The notes beneath the pieces were generated by a model. That model had not been told where the DNA came from and searched no databases. It saw only the letters and a program-made list of their open reading frames with translations. The translations under genes and the position numbers were made by a program. From Haliotis rubra (Eukaryota), in assembly GCF_003918875.1 (NCBI RefSeq), contig NW_025767412.1, positions 2,232,001-2,296,000 of the forward strand: DNA of 64,000 bases, in the 5' to 3' direction. Every line of letters begins with the position of its first letter. Within the stretch, counting starts at the first letter, position 1. Positions 1 to 14,100 of this stretch are shown here, piece after piece.

Positions 1-655
1 ATAATTTCAATGTCAATTATAAGAAATATTAAATCTGAAATGTGTGTTTAATTTTATTCCATGGGTCCTGTGCATTTTCAATGGGTCAGACAGACATCTG
101 AAACTTATAGGACCCATTGTCCTGTGACTTTGAAACACCATTCGTGAACACTGTTAAATGTCAGAAGTACATGTATTATGTTTTCTTTGAAGCGGAGAAT
201 GTTGCTTGTTTTTTATGTATCCACATGGCAAAAAGCAAAGAGTGATGTTAAAAATAGATTGACCATAAGATTATTGAAACAGTTTTAACAATAGTATCAC
301 TGAAGTTCAGCTAGCAGATAATCTTGATGTGTAACACGACCATCAATAAAATCAAAATACAACATACATTTGAACTAATTACCTAACATTTAGACAGTTC
401 ATGTTCCTTATATACCTTGCCAATGAGTGAGTGAGTGAGTGAGTTTAGTTTAATGCCTCACTCAGCAATATTCCAGCTATATGGTGGCGACCTTGCTATG
501 AAAGTGACTTGATGAATGGCTATTCACTTAGGACCAAAGATTGATTCAGCTAAAGCATCACTCCAATCAAGCCATTTGACCAAAATCTGACAACAATCTT
601 AATTTTTGACAACAAAAAATGACAAACCCATAAACCATGTTGTTTCTCTTAAACT

Positions 656-1002
656 CAGGGCTCCAGATAAGGGCCGCATTGGCGTATGTACAGATATAAA
701 ATATGCACGATACGGTAGGAAATAATTTAGAAAACATAGCAGATACGCACCACAGCAATGCTGCACGGTCATAGAATCATTTACAGACGTATTTATCTGA
801 AAAAATATTGTTTTATTATTTATTCACCTTTTTACACAAAGAGTAGCTATGTTGTGGTGCATATATGAAACGAAACACAAGATTACTGATCCGCCATTAA
901 TTCCATTCAGTACTCAAAATGTAGTCTTAGGTTTTCCAGTACTCCTATATTGAAAAAATAAGCAGTGCGTACCCCTGATGTTGAAAATTATCTGGAGCCC
1001 TG
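656..1002. mobile_element. Non-autonomous DNA transposon (MITE) in RhoA intron
   Basis: Terminal inverted repeats CAGGGCTCCAGATAA ... TTATCTGGAGCCCTG; a related copy is at 54291-54783. Confidence 0.7.
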
Positions 1003-3125
1003 TAAACTATTCATAAAATGCCAGATATTGACAACTCACTAGTCACATACAAAGCTGTCTTAAAACACAACTGCCCTAAAAGTACTAGCATCATGCAATC
1101 TGATCACTCTTCCTACATTTGATGACGACCCTATAAGATTAAGAATATATTTTATTTTATGGGTGCTTTCTTCAAATCTGACCAGTTGCCGATTTCAAAC
1201 AAATTCATCAAAAACACATAGTCAAATAATAGGTTTCTGCCAAATGTGGCACACAGCAACTATTGAAATCATTGAAACAACATTCAGTTGTAGCCTCAGA
1301 AGAACACAAAAAATGCAATATTTTTAAAGGTATGTCACACATATTCGACAATAATTTGGCCTATATTATATTGGGACATATGCCCTCACTTTAGCTATCT
1401 ATTGACGCAATAAAAGATTTATTATCCCTTACAACTTGCCTGAAATCGATAACTGACATTTTGAGGTGAACACGTTCCAAACAGATAACACCTGCCATAT
1501 ATGGAATGTACACAATTGCTATGTGCATTTAAAGACTGTCACATGCAGTGTTGACGGTGTTTGCCGAATGGTTTCAATCACAAGTTGTGTGTAGGATATT
1601 CGTAAAGAGACATAACTCCAAGGGACATAACTCTATGGGGTTCACTTGTACGTACTTTTTCCATTATGGGACATCAGTGATGTAAAACATGATCACCAAT
1701 TGCGTGCCATCCTCCTTATATTAGCTTCTTGCATCATATACACATTCATTTTGTTAACAAAAACAGTTTCATCATTCAATGAGGCAAAATTCAATTTCCA
1801 CAATATCAATGTAAGTTGTCAATCAGACCTCAAAACATTTGTTCCGACATACCTATATCCTGGACATTCTGATGCACAGCATTCGGTTACACAACTATTC
1901 AGCACTGATGATATTGTATGTAACCACCAACGTGCTACATGTCAAAATGCGCAAGTGACCCATGAAGTAATTATTCCACAAGACATTTCTTCCAAGCAAG
2001 CATATTATTAGACAGGTCAACAAGTTCATATAATGACGAAGTACAGTACTAACTTATATATAAGATTACCAATCACACCTTGATCGAAACAGGCCACTAG
2101 CAAGCAGGAGAAGTATACAAAGCACAAAGAGAGGTGTGTGCATGTGATCGGAGTCAACACCAGGACAAGTCCCTTAGAAAACTTGATGTATGCTGTTATT
2201 TGAATGTAAATCAAATACATGCATCGTTTCAACCTGAATGTCATGCAATGTTAGGAAATAAAAGGGAAACAAGAAGCAAATGCCAAACCATACAGGTATT
2301 ATAAAACTATTTTCAGTGTCCATTCTTAACACTAATTGAATGCAACAAATTTGCAGGCAAACATTAGGAAAAGAAATAAAAACATGCAAACATGAAAGTA
2401 AACTCACCCAAGAACTTAGGACCAGACAGAAGTAAAATCAAAGCTGCCTCATCATAAGACATGAAAGCTGCCAGCGTACTCAAACAAGACATGTCTTTTG
2501 TCAAAAAAAATAAAATAAATCAACCAAGCTTTACATGAATTTGATAACAGGAAAGCACCAGCTAAGCAATAACTGGCGTAATCACTGCAATATTCAAAGA
2601 GTGACGGACACCCAGCGGGAAATTCACACCAACACAACCCGCTGTAGCAGCACACGACGCAGGCAGGGAGACACGGGGAGCACTAGTCCCTCCTCAACAC
2701 AGGGAGTATATCGCACATATACATTTTACACCCCTTGGAACATTTGCTGTTACATAATGATTCTGGAAGTTTAATATTTCAATGAAATGAACAAGATTAA
2801 CAGATATTCATTACCGCATGTGTGCAAATGATCATATGCATTTATTTGATGATGAATTGCATTGTTCCAAGTATTATCAATCAGACGGTAGTTTCCCCCA
2901 GCGATAATGTACCTACCGATCAGATATCAAAAGATTAAAATGTTTGTGTGATCATAAATGAAATCAATGCTTTTTTGTGTGTCAAAACTGTGCAAGGTCA
3001 ACAGTGCAGCAAATATAATTTCAACAGAACACACAGTTGAAAAAGCAGGTTTCTGCACTAAAATACTACTGCAATTTAGGGTTCTTATTCAGGTAAAAAG
3101 CACACTTAGGCAATGTAACAATTCA

Positions 3126-3338
<213 letters not shown>

Positions 3339-4329
3339 TTACTTCCTGAAAGAAATAAAACATTACCATGAGTACTGGTAAACATGACATTGTGCACAAT
3401 GATCTTCTGGGAAACAACTGGTGATGCACCAGTTGTTTAGATATAAGCGATCTTTGCACATCTGGTAGGACTAAAAGTTCGCTGTAAATACTTAACCGCA
3501 CAGTGGTTAATGGGGATGGCAGGTTTAAATATCCAAAGACATTGAATGTAAATGCATGGCAGGCAATAGAGAATCCTTTCAAATAATAACCTTTCTTGTG
3601 CAAGACTGCAACCGAACTCCAGATTTCAATGCAAGCAGTATGCAGATCACATTATGTACATCACTCTATATACCAAAATGTGCTGTGATATTTATAGACA
3701 TGCTAAAGTTAGAACAGAAACGTTTCTAATAAAAGATATGAGTCACTATCGTCCACAGAAACTACAAAATGCTTGTGTCCAATCATATGCTTAACAGAAG
3801 GGTGGGGTCCTAATGAGATGACAGTTTGCGACCTTATTGACTTTGCCAGAAGATAAGCCACAGTGTAAGCCATATTGGCATAGTATTCACTAAATGAACG
3901 TAAAGCAAGAAGTACAGTACATGCAGTATTTAAGAAAGACAGGATTAATCTGTAAACTATCTTGATCGTACGACACGAGGAAAGAGGTCGAACTGCTTTG
4001 TTTCCGTTGCTCGTGGTGTGAATATTTTAGAATCCATATGCCTCAATCTCACGCACAATATATAATCTCAGTGAAATCCTAAAATTCTCAATGATACGTC
4101 GTATGGATTTATCCGTGGTGTGGCAAATGACCAAATAGACAAGAAAATGTTTCAGACTGCCGGTCCTCCCTGGCTGATGATGTCATCAACATGGCGATTT
4201 GTTCAAACAGTCATGTATCGTTCAATTTGAGCGCCATTTTGTCAGTAGATAGAACCATAATTGAGAATGAATTTGCTCCAACGTGTCAATAATACCATAA
4301 AGACCTTCCGTGAAACGTGCAAAACTTAC

Positions 4330-4600
4330 TAGATCCCGCAATTCTCCTGAAAATTAAGATAGAGGTACCAGGTTAGCCCAATGCAGTATTACCATAAATG
4401 GCGTTTGCTCATTATCCGCCGATAGCAAATTTTCAAGTCAAATAAATCTAATATGGATACATCGATACAATACAAAACATGTCTGAAGATAAGAAAACAC
4501 ATGCAAGTCCAAATACCTGAGGAAAATCCCCGTTTTGGAGGTTATTTTGATGCGATATTGTCGTTTTCCCGATCGTGATACATCAACGGTCAACCACACC
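4330..4600 (-). other. Putative RhoA 5'-UTR exons (first exon ending 4517; 17-nt microexon 4330-4346)
   Basis: Minus-strand donor CAG|GTATTT at 4517/4516; acceptor CTTAATTTTCAG at 4347; donor GTAAGT at 4329. The upstream boundary is approximate. Confidence 0.45.
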
Positions 4601-4700
4601 TCAATTGACGCTAGAGGGGGATAGTGCAATTGCTTCTGGAATTTGTTGTGACGTAGTTCCGGTACTATATGCTTTCACTTCCGGATCAGCTGTCGACTGA
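4600..4700. promoter_or_regulatory. Putative bidirectional promoter between RhoA and the ankyrin-SOCS gene
   Basis: Locally CpG-enriched; ETS-type TTCCGG at 4657 and 4679; TGACGT at 4649; YY1-like ATGGCG motifs near 4190, 4233 and 4398; divergent candidate first-exon donors at 4516 (-) and 4796 (+). Confidence 0.5.
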
Positions 4701-5859
4701 ACAAGAAGTAAATAAAATGCAAGCTTGTTTACATCAGCCAATACCGTGACATTATTAGGATATCCATGTGATCATGTCATCTTTTGGTGTATGAGGTAAA
4801 CACGTCTGATCAAATTAATTTGTTAAATTGCAACACATTTGGATATTAATTTAGCCATACAGTCCTCGGTATCACAGAGCTCGTCTATCTTTAGACTTGA
4901 CATGGGATGGATTTCATGCCATTAGACAATACCATGTGAACATTTCCATATAGTATCCCTTCCATGAAAATTGATATATACTTGCATTTAGACATTGTGA
5001 CTCGTTGGTTTTATGTATCAGTCTTCAACTGACAGAGGGCTAAAGGTATAGATCAGTATTCATTCAGAAATATATTAAACCTCCTACTTTAGTGTTTTTT
5101 AACAGTTTCATAGTGGTTTAACATGACAATCCACATAAAATGTGCATCGTATGCGTTTATGTATAGTCTTCAAGAAAACAAGTCAAAGTCTTCAAAATAA
5201 TTTCGATACAGAATTTACAGCTGGTAGCACTATTAGACCAAATAGAAAAAGTGTTAATTTTCATGAAGCATGCCGTGGATGAGAGAATGCAGGGCTTTGA
5301 ATGCCCCTGATGTTACTCACTGAGGCTACAATGCAGTGGAACATTTTTGTTGCCCTCTATTCTTCCCAATAGCTTTTTGTACACATAGATACAAATTACA
5401 CATTATATATCCTGCCATGATGTAACATGTTCAGTTATCTTTTCTTAGTTTGAACTTCAGTTGCTGGCCCAAGATCAGATGGTTTGGAGGAGTTACATTC
5501 CATACCAAGACACTCAAGATTCAAGGTAAATGTGCTTTTTGAAGTGGGCATGTTTCCAAACAGAGACAGACAATCAAGAAAGACCTGATTCTCAAAAAAA
5601 GACTAAAACTCAAAATGGCAGAAGCATCGAGAAGTGCAGTATGTGTGTTTGGTTTTGGAGTTAGGAACAGAATAAAGAAGTTATCTTCCTGGAGACAGGA
5701 CACTCTATGATATAGTGACAAGTATTACAGTATGCTGTCATCCTGAGTGAATACCTGGATAGAAGAGTCCCCAGCAATTCAGGCTTGTCATACAAGGTGA
5801 CAAAGGGCATCAGGCACTGTGACTTGGTTGAGTGAATGTCAGTTTACCTCAACACAGTC

Positions 5860-6001
5860 CTGGTAGCCAAGTGGTGATGCCGAAGACCTGGGTTCGATTC
5901 CCCACATGAGTACAATGTGTGAAGTCCATTTCTGGTGTCCTCCGCCGTGATATTGCTGGAATATTGTTAAAATTAAAAGCTGCATAAAACCATACTCACT
6001 C
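5860..6001 (+). mobile_element. tRNA-derived SINE (partial)
   Basis: B box GGTTCGATTCC and the same body as 16785-16960. Confidence 0.7.
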
Positions 6002-6018
6002 AACACAGTCCAATGGTT

Positions 6019-6968
6019 TACTGTTGTCATAGGGTTGGCTGGCACCCACTGTTGTCATGTGGTTGGTTGGCATCCACTGTTGTCATAGGGTTGGTTAGCA
6101 TCCACTGTTGTCATAGGGTTGGTTGGCATCCACTGTTGTCATAGGGTTTGTTGGCATCCACTGTTGTCATAGGGTTGGTTGACATCCACTGTTGTCATGT
6201 GGTTGGTTAGCATCCACTGTTGTCATAGGGTTGGTTGGCATCCACTGTTGTCATAGGGTTTGTTGGCATCCACTGTTGTCATAGGGTTGGCTGGCATCCA
6301 CTGTTGTCATGGGGTTGGTTGGCATCCACTGTTGTCATAGGGTTGGTTGGCATCCACTGTTGTCATAGGGTTTGTTGGCATCCACTGTTGTCATAGGGTT
6401 GGTTAGCATCCACTGCTGTCATGTGGTTGGTTAGCATCCACTGTTGTCATGTGGTTGGTTAGCATCCACTGTTGTCATGTGGTTTGTTGGCATCCACTGT
6501 TGTCATGTGGTTGGTTGGCATCCACTGTTGTCATGTGGTTGGTTAGCATCCACTGTTGTCATGTGGTTGGTTGGCATCAACGGTTGTCATGTGGATGGTT
6601 GGCATCCACTGTTGTCATGTGGTTGGTTGACATCCACTGTTGTCATAGGGTTGGTTGGCATCCACTGTTGTCATGTGGTTGGTTAGCATCCACTGTTGTC
6701 ATGTGGTTTGTTGGCATCCATTGTTGTCATGTGGTTGGCATACTGCATCCCACTGTTGTCATGTGGTTGGTTAGCATCCACTGTTGTCATGGTGGTTGGT
6801 TGGCATCCACTGTTGTCATGTGGTTGGTTAGCATCCACTGTTGTCATGTGGTTTGTTGGCATCCATTGTTGTCATGTGGTTGGGTAGCATCCACTGTTGT
6901 CATGTGGTTGGTTAGCATCCACTGCTGTCATGTGGTTGGTTAGCATCCACTGCTGTCATGTGGTTGGC
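6019..6968. repeat. 28-bp tandem minisatellite, about 34 copies
   Basis: Unit CATCCACTGTTGTCATGTGGTTGGTTGG with minor variants. Confidence 0.95.
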
Positions 6969-8042
6969 AGATTCATCCATTTTGGTATGTTTGTTGTCTT
7001 CAACCACTGTCATAAGATTTGTAGGTATCTACAATGTTTGGTAACAGTCTGTTTAAGGCCCAACATGTATATTTAAACATTTCATGCATCAAGACCAAGA
7101 CTGAATTTGATAACCTGAAAGTTTCCGAGGAACATATTCATGATGTTTGAACACTTACCATTATTTTCCAGTTTACCTAGAAACAGCAATGAACTGACAG
7201 TGGTTATATTTGTAATATCTTCCTGTAGAAATAGTTATCTCCCTTAGACAGTAGCTGTCTGCTGCTAACAAAATCACGTGAGTGCGTGAGTTAGTTTAGG
7301 TTTACGCTGCACTTAGTAAATATTCCAAATATAATCGAGTCTGGACCAGACAATCTAGTGATCAACAACAAAGTCACGGTAGGGGACACCAGGCAGAAAC
7401 TCTGCTGCATACCTTGTACCCATGTGTGGATCTGAACCCGGATATTTAGTGTCACACACAAATGCTTGAACCACGCACCTGTCAACAGCACCTACATTTT
7501 GTGAAAACATCACATTATGAAATTTTGTGAGATCTAACATATCTCCCTATCCTTGTGATGAACAGTGGGACAGCTGTGGTGTGCCTGTGGTAGCTGTCCT
7601 GGGTTACCTCCCTTATCCATATCAGACAATTATGTAAAACTGAGTGTTCAATCATGTATGATTATATATCTAGGTTGTCAAATCTCTTTATTCCATTACT
7701 GAAGAGGCCACAGGCCTATAGTACAAAATATAAAAACAATAATGGCATACAATCACAATGTTTGCAAACGTTATTTTCTTTGTTCAAAAGCATGGTGGAT
7801 ATACATACCAAGTTTACGAATGTAACTTGTATTATTAGAGTTCATTATCAAATTAAATTTAAACATGGTAGGAAGTGAATAGTAATATTGTGGTAGATAT
7901 TTTGTCCTTAAATCAGCATAGTAAGGACATACCCATGCTCATTAATTTCACCAAACATGGTAAAAATAAGACACCTGTGTCATATTGACAGCTCCTGAGT
8001 GAAGCCAACATACCATGATGAACTGAAATGCTGTTTTCTCTC

Positions 8043-8133
8043 TCACTCACTCACTCACTCACTCACTCACTCACTCACTCACTCACTCACTCACTCACTC
8101 ACTCACTTACTCACTCACTCACTCACTCACTCA
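8043..8133. repeat. (CACT)n microsatellite
   Basis: Read directly; lies just upstream of the acceptor at 8158. Confidence 0.95.
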
Positions 8134-8167
8134 CATCTCTACCATCTTTCATCTGCAGGCAGTAGCA

Positions 8168-11100
8168 ATGGATCCAGGGTACATTCTGTGGGAAGCTGTC
8201 CGAACCAATGATGCTGATACAATCAAGCTGCTCCTCAAACCCGCAACTGATACAAACACAAACTGTGCTAAAAGCACCCTTGATTATGTTCATGAAGGCT
8301 TGTGTCCAATCCATCTGGCTATCATCAATGGAAACGTTGAACTCCTGCAACTGCTGCTGTCGTCTGGTGTCTCCTTGAGCAAGTTTCAGATCAGACATGC
8401 CCTGTCATACATATCACATGAAACCAGACTCAATGACAAACTCATCGACAAGTTGTCACTAGATACAAAGTTCCCCATTTTGTGTCTTCCTCTAATAACC
8501 AACGACCCCCACATCCTGAGTGAGCTTCTGAAGCACGGTCCCACTCTTTGTAGTGATGACAAAGGGGAGGTGTTGGGCGTCGCCTGTGTCCTGAGACGGC
8601 TGCCATTACTGCATATTCTATTAGAGGTAGGAGGATCGGTGTATCTAGAACGTTGTGAAGCATACGAGCAGTTTAGGCAGCAGTCACTTCTCCTCTTTGC
8701 TGTAGAGGACCCAGTTAATTATGAACTTGTGAAATTATTACTGGACAGAAATGTATCACTTGCTGGCCGAGATAAGGATGGGAACACTCCTGTACATGTT
8801 GCGGCAAAGTACGGAAGTGCGGATGTGGTGAAACTGCTCCTGGAGGCACTGTGGACGAAGAGAGAGTCGGTGTGCTGCGTCAACTCCAACACACACTCCC
8901 CATTCCACATTGCCTGTCACCGCGGACACCTTGGCGTGTTGAAGATTCTCATGGAGCATAAGTGTATGCGGCGATGTCACCCTCAGGGACGGAAGTATCT
9001 CCTCCATTCCGCAGCGAAGGCGGGGCAGGCTCACGTCGTCCAATACCTGCTGGATCTGGGACAGGACGTGAACCAGCTGGACAACTTCGGTAGGTGATGT
9101 TTAAGCACAGACACAATATAACTAGTGTTTCACCCAGGATCAAAAACAGACGGGGGCAACAGAATTTCGAAAGGCACACCTTATTCCAAAATGGGCATGC
9201 AATTCCAAATTTCCAAGTACATGTACATATATTCTGTTAATTTTTTTATGCATACGATTCTCAATGGCTCTAAGAGCACAGTTATTTCACTAAACTTCAA
9301 CATGAAAAACCAAGTGTTATTAATATTATCAATTATTGTATAAAAAGAAGGGGAGGGCGCTGTGCCCTGCTAAAATTGTCTAGGGGAAACACTAGGAATA
9401 TTAACGCATATACTTTATTTGTAAATAAAAGAAATGTATATGATTTTCCTATTTCCTTTGTAAACCCAGGTGCTTTGCAAAAGTTGTTCAATGCCAGCTT
9501 AGATTTGTGTTTGGGCTGCATGTTACCAGGATTTTTTTATTTTATATTATATTCATAATACATTGGCATGTTTTGTGTAATATATTGCCATTATTTTGTG
9601 AGTCATGTAGAAGTAAACAAGTGAATTAGTTTTGACAGAGTTGATGTGGCACCAGAGTTGATGTGGCACCAGAGCTACACTTTCACTGCTGTTACCTGAA
9701 TTAAAGGTCACATGCAACGCAAAACACAACTTTGCAGATTCTGATACCAGGTACCTTTCAGTATGGACTTACAGTAACAAATTATGAAAAATGCAAATTC
9801 AACTTATAAAGTTGACAAATAATGCGATGAAAATCCTCCCTGCGAAATCAGAGTTCAAACAATTCACTAATTTCACCCCAGCTCTGGGGTGAAAAGTGGT
9901 TTCAACAGCTGTGCTGCTCTGCACCAATAGCGCATGCGCAGTGATTAGGTTCGAGCAGCTAGAACCGGGATGGTGACTCGTAAAAACACAGCAAGTGATG
10001 CGTGAAAGGATAATCGCTGTGGTCGAAGTTGGAGAACAAATGATGTATCTTGTGATTACAAGCATCTTGGGTCTGCAGTAATAAAAATACACTGGTCCCA
10101 TACTTTTTCTTATATGTTTTCACATCTTGCTTTTTGGGGGTTGGCATATTTGCAAACCAAGTTTTCAAGAAAGTGTAGCATTAGAAAAACTAATTTCTTT
10201 GTTTAAAATTGCTCAGCTTGAAAACTGAAATGTTTTAATACATGTCTATGGAAACAGAGAAAAATATGTTGATTGTCATAAGCAGTCTCTGTCACAGACA
10301 AAACTCAATGTCTGTTTTATTGACACCCATGTGTCTGCCTGCCTGTCTGCTAATGACAACATGCAATACACAACTTCAATCATTGACCACATGCAATTTG
10401 AACTTGAAACGTATCAGGCTATACACCATAAACAAAATACATTGATTTATGGCTCGTGCACCCGAGTTCTGTCTCTGTCACATTATGTAATTACACAGAC
10501 AGGCAGGTGTGATACTTGTACACATGACATGTTATTATGTCTGTGGGTTGCAAACAAACAGCATCCTTTTTTCTCGGATGACTGGATCGGACGGAAACCG
10601 GTGCAAACTCAGATTGTCAGTTTCAAGTCCTGCTTTGTACTTGAATGAACGACAGTTTCCACCCACACGGTAGTTCACCATCTCAGTATTTGTTGATTGG
10701 ATCGAATGCAAATGCAGAAAAAATGAGCATGTATTTACAAAACCCAGCATCTCTATATATACACACACAATGAGCCCTCAGCGTATCGGCAAATGAACCA
10801 GCCAATGAAAGATTTTGTTACACTTGAGTGCACACCCACCCGCTCTGACTAAGTTCGGCCTCCCGATTGCTTTGTTTCAATGGAAGTAAACCCACGTACC
10901 AAATATTGCACTTTTGATTTGCGATTGTCGCTTATAATTTTGTTTTATTTGTTTTTTCATAATCAGCAATGTATATTACATGTCATGAATAAGTGATAAT
11001 TGTGTTTTAATTATGTTTGTTTTTTGGGTTGCATGTGACCTTTAACAATTGTCTTGACAAAAGGTGAGAGAGGCAGGAGTGAATGAATGAATAGCTGATT

Positions 11101-14100
11101 TATTTATTTGTAACCAATGGATTACAGCTTGTGATGTTATCCATCAGCGAATTAAAGAAAGAAGCATTAAAGATAAGCCTTAATCATGTTGATGGATCTG
11201 TTTTTCGCACAGTTGTATAAATCAAAACTATTTTTGATCTGTATTATGATTGTAGCATATACAGATCATAAAGAAATATATTCATACTCTCTGTATATCA
11301 GTTTGGTCTTCTTGCAGCAAACACACCCCTGTCTCAGGCAGTAGTAAAGGCGAACAACATTGAGATCACAAGATTGCTACTGACGCCGGCGCCAATCCAA
11401 ACATCCCCCAGCCACCCTACTACAGCATTATTATCTCCGCTGCACAGAAGAGCTCTGTCGAACTCGTCACTGCTCTCTTACAAAGTGAGTGACTGTTTCA
11501 ATCATTTTTGCCTGACTGCCAACTTTAACAAGTTGTTTGGAGCTCATGTCATGGTTCTTTGACTGATTGTGTGTCTGTTCATCCAACTTGTTGTTTGTCA
11601 TGGTTCTTTGTCTGTTCATCCATCTTTTTGCACTGAAAAAAGGGTTTTCCTTAAAAAAATATTGAAGGTTGCTCTCTGTTGCTTATAGGGGAATATTATT
11701 ACTACTGACTTCATGGCTATTGACATTTTGTATTTTGTTCGGAACTGCTATCAGTTTTACCATACTGCCATTGAACTGCTGTCCCTCTATCTGGCACTGA
11801 CGTTGTGATGACTTTGCAGTAATTTGTGTTCAGTCGTAAACTTAGTTGATGTCATGATCACACAATGCCATTTAGAAAGTGGCAACAGAAATACTACACA
11901 ATTACAATTGTTTTAAAACATCAACTAACACAACATATGTTATTTTGGGGATTACACTTTCTCAGTAAAGTACAAATTTTAGTACTTTGGGGGGTTGAGT
12001 CCCATCCGGGATTCTAACCCACACCCTCAGAGTCAGTGGCTGAGCGGGTTAGGTGGCTGACTTTGTGTACTGGTGATTTGGTGCCGGACTCTGAGGGTGT
12101 GGGTTCGAATCCCGAATGGGACTCAACCCCAAAAAGTACTAGAATTTCTACTCTGTTGAGAAAGTGTAATCCCAAATATAACATATGTTGCGTTAGTTGA
12201 TGTTTTAAAACAATTGTAATTGTTTAGTATTTCTGTTTGTTGGTTTCAAATCTTTTGTGTACAGAGTTTGTAGTAAACTGTTTGTTTCAATTTTGAAATC
12301 AACACATAACATTAATGCCAATTTCATCTTCTCACTCATCAGTGGACATATTGCTTGTGAGTGTAGATAAGGGCCATGCTTACACTGCACAGAACCAAAA
12401 TGGCATCTGTGACAGATGGCAGAAACAGGATGTGTGAAAGTAGTAGAGCATAAATGTCTACCTTATGGACTTTGTTACTGTAAGAGTTGTCATACTTTGA
12501 AGAGGGCATAGGGGACGGAACTATATTAAGGTTCTGCTATGTAGAGTTACATCCCTTGGGCATGTCAAGCATCCCTGTTTCCCTGGATTATGTCAGTACC
12601 ATAACCATGCTAGTGGATTTCATGTGGAGAAATGTCATGTACATTCAGTTCAGCTTTTCTCCCACAACTGGTTAACACGCAGTGATATGACTGAAATACT
12701 GAAAAGTTCTGTATGTGTCACAGATGGTGCCAGTGTCAACAGTGTGGATATCCTCGGCTATGCTCCAATCAGCTATGTGTCTGCAAGACGAGACTCGCCT
12801 GAAGGTAAATCATCGACTTTACTAATTTGTTTATGAACATTCACTTATACAGTTGGTACCATAGACAGACACTGTTGTTAACATACTGATACAGCGTGTC
12901 GCCATATTCCAAAACGCTTGGTGACGTAAACTGACACAGTGTTAACATACTGATACAGTTAACATATACTTACTTTTGTTAACATACACTTTGATACTTT
13001 GTTGGTTATTTCATTTTCCTTTTTCCTTTTTCTTTGTCACATATGTTTTTGTGTTATTCATGCTCCAAGTTATTATGCCAAGTTATTTTTGGGTTGTGTC
13101 GTACCTCATATAATCGAAGTAGTTATGTATGCCCCTTCATAGGCAGATCCAGAGGAGGGGTGCAGGGGTGCGCTACCCCCCGTTTTGCCCTGAAAGTTTA
13201 TTAAATGACTATTGAAACTCTGGTGAAAATGAAGTGTGCACCCCTCCTTTGCTCAATAGTGTGCACCTCTCTCTCTCTCTCCACCCCCACCCCCTTTCTA
13301 AAAAGCTGTATCCGCCCCTGCCCTTCATCTTGGACACAACAGTGTTTGACTGTACACTGGTTCAGTTGACATCTACTGCTACACAAAAACCTACCAATAC
13401 ACCCAATACTTACTAGGGCTCAAATAACTGTTTACCAGGATGAGTAACTACTGGTTTATTTTGTCCAAGAATTCATCAAAATCCTGGCCAAGTTTGGAGC
13501 CAAAGTGGACCATAGGCACGGTGATGGGAGTACATCACTACACCGAGCTTGTGCAGATGACAATCTTCCAGCTTTAACTAGTTTGATCCAGCATCAAGCT
13601 GACATCTCCAGTCGGAACCGGATTGGGAAACAACCTATGCACTTTGCAGTATCTGAAGGTACGGAATGGGATGCATGGATGCATGATTGGCTGGCATCTG
13701 GATCAGCATGCATCTGTGGGAATGTTCATCTTTACCATCAGTAATCAGTCCTTCAGTTGCTGGCGATCTGTACCATGTTGTTATGTTGTGTTGTCCTGAA
13801 TAGTGGCATCATTTTAAAGTTACATACTAGTTTGACTGACTGACTGACTGAGTTTGGTTTTACGCTGCTTTTAGCAATATTCCAGGCACATCACGGCGGG
13901 GGACACCAGAAATGGGCTTCACACATTGTGCCCATGTGGGGATTCGAACCCGGTCTTCGGCGTGACGAGCCAACGCTTTAACCATTAGGCTACCCCACCG
14001 CCCCCATTCTAGTTTGAAATCTCTGTGATTTTCTAGTTGTTTTATTTCCTCTGTTGAAAGATTTTATGATATAATGTTATATATTATCAGGGTATGATCT

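Noticed and set aside
1674-1736. Intronic box C/D snoRNA on the minus strand
   Set aside because: Box C is non-canonical (ATGATGC) and there is no convincing terminal stem.
1646-2011. 121-aa ORF
   Set aside because: Non-ATG start, antisense within the RhoA intron, no motif.
6444-6943. Cys/His/Trp-rich ORFs
   Set aside because: Translations of the 28-bp minisatellite.
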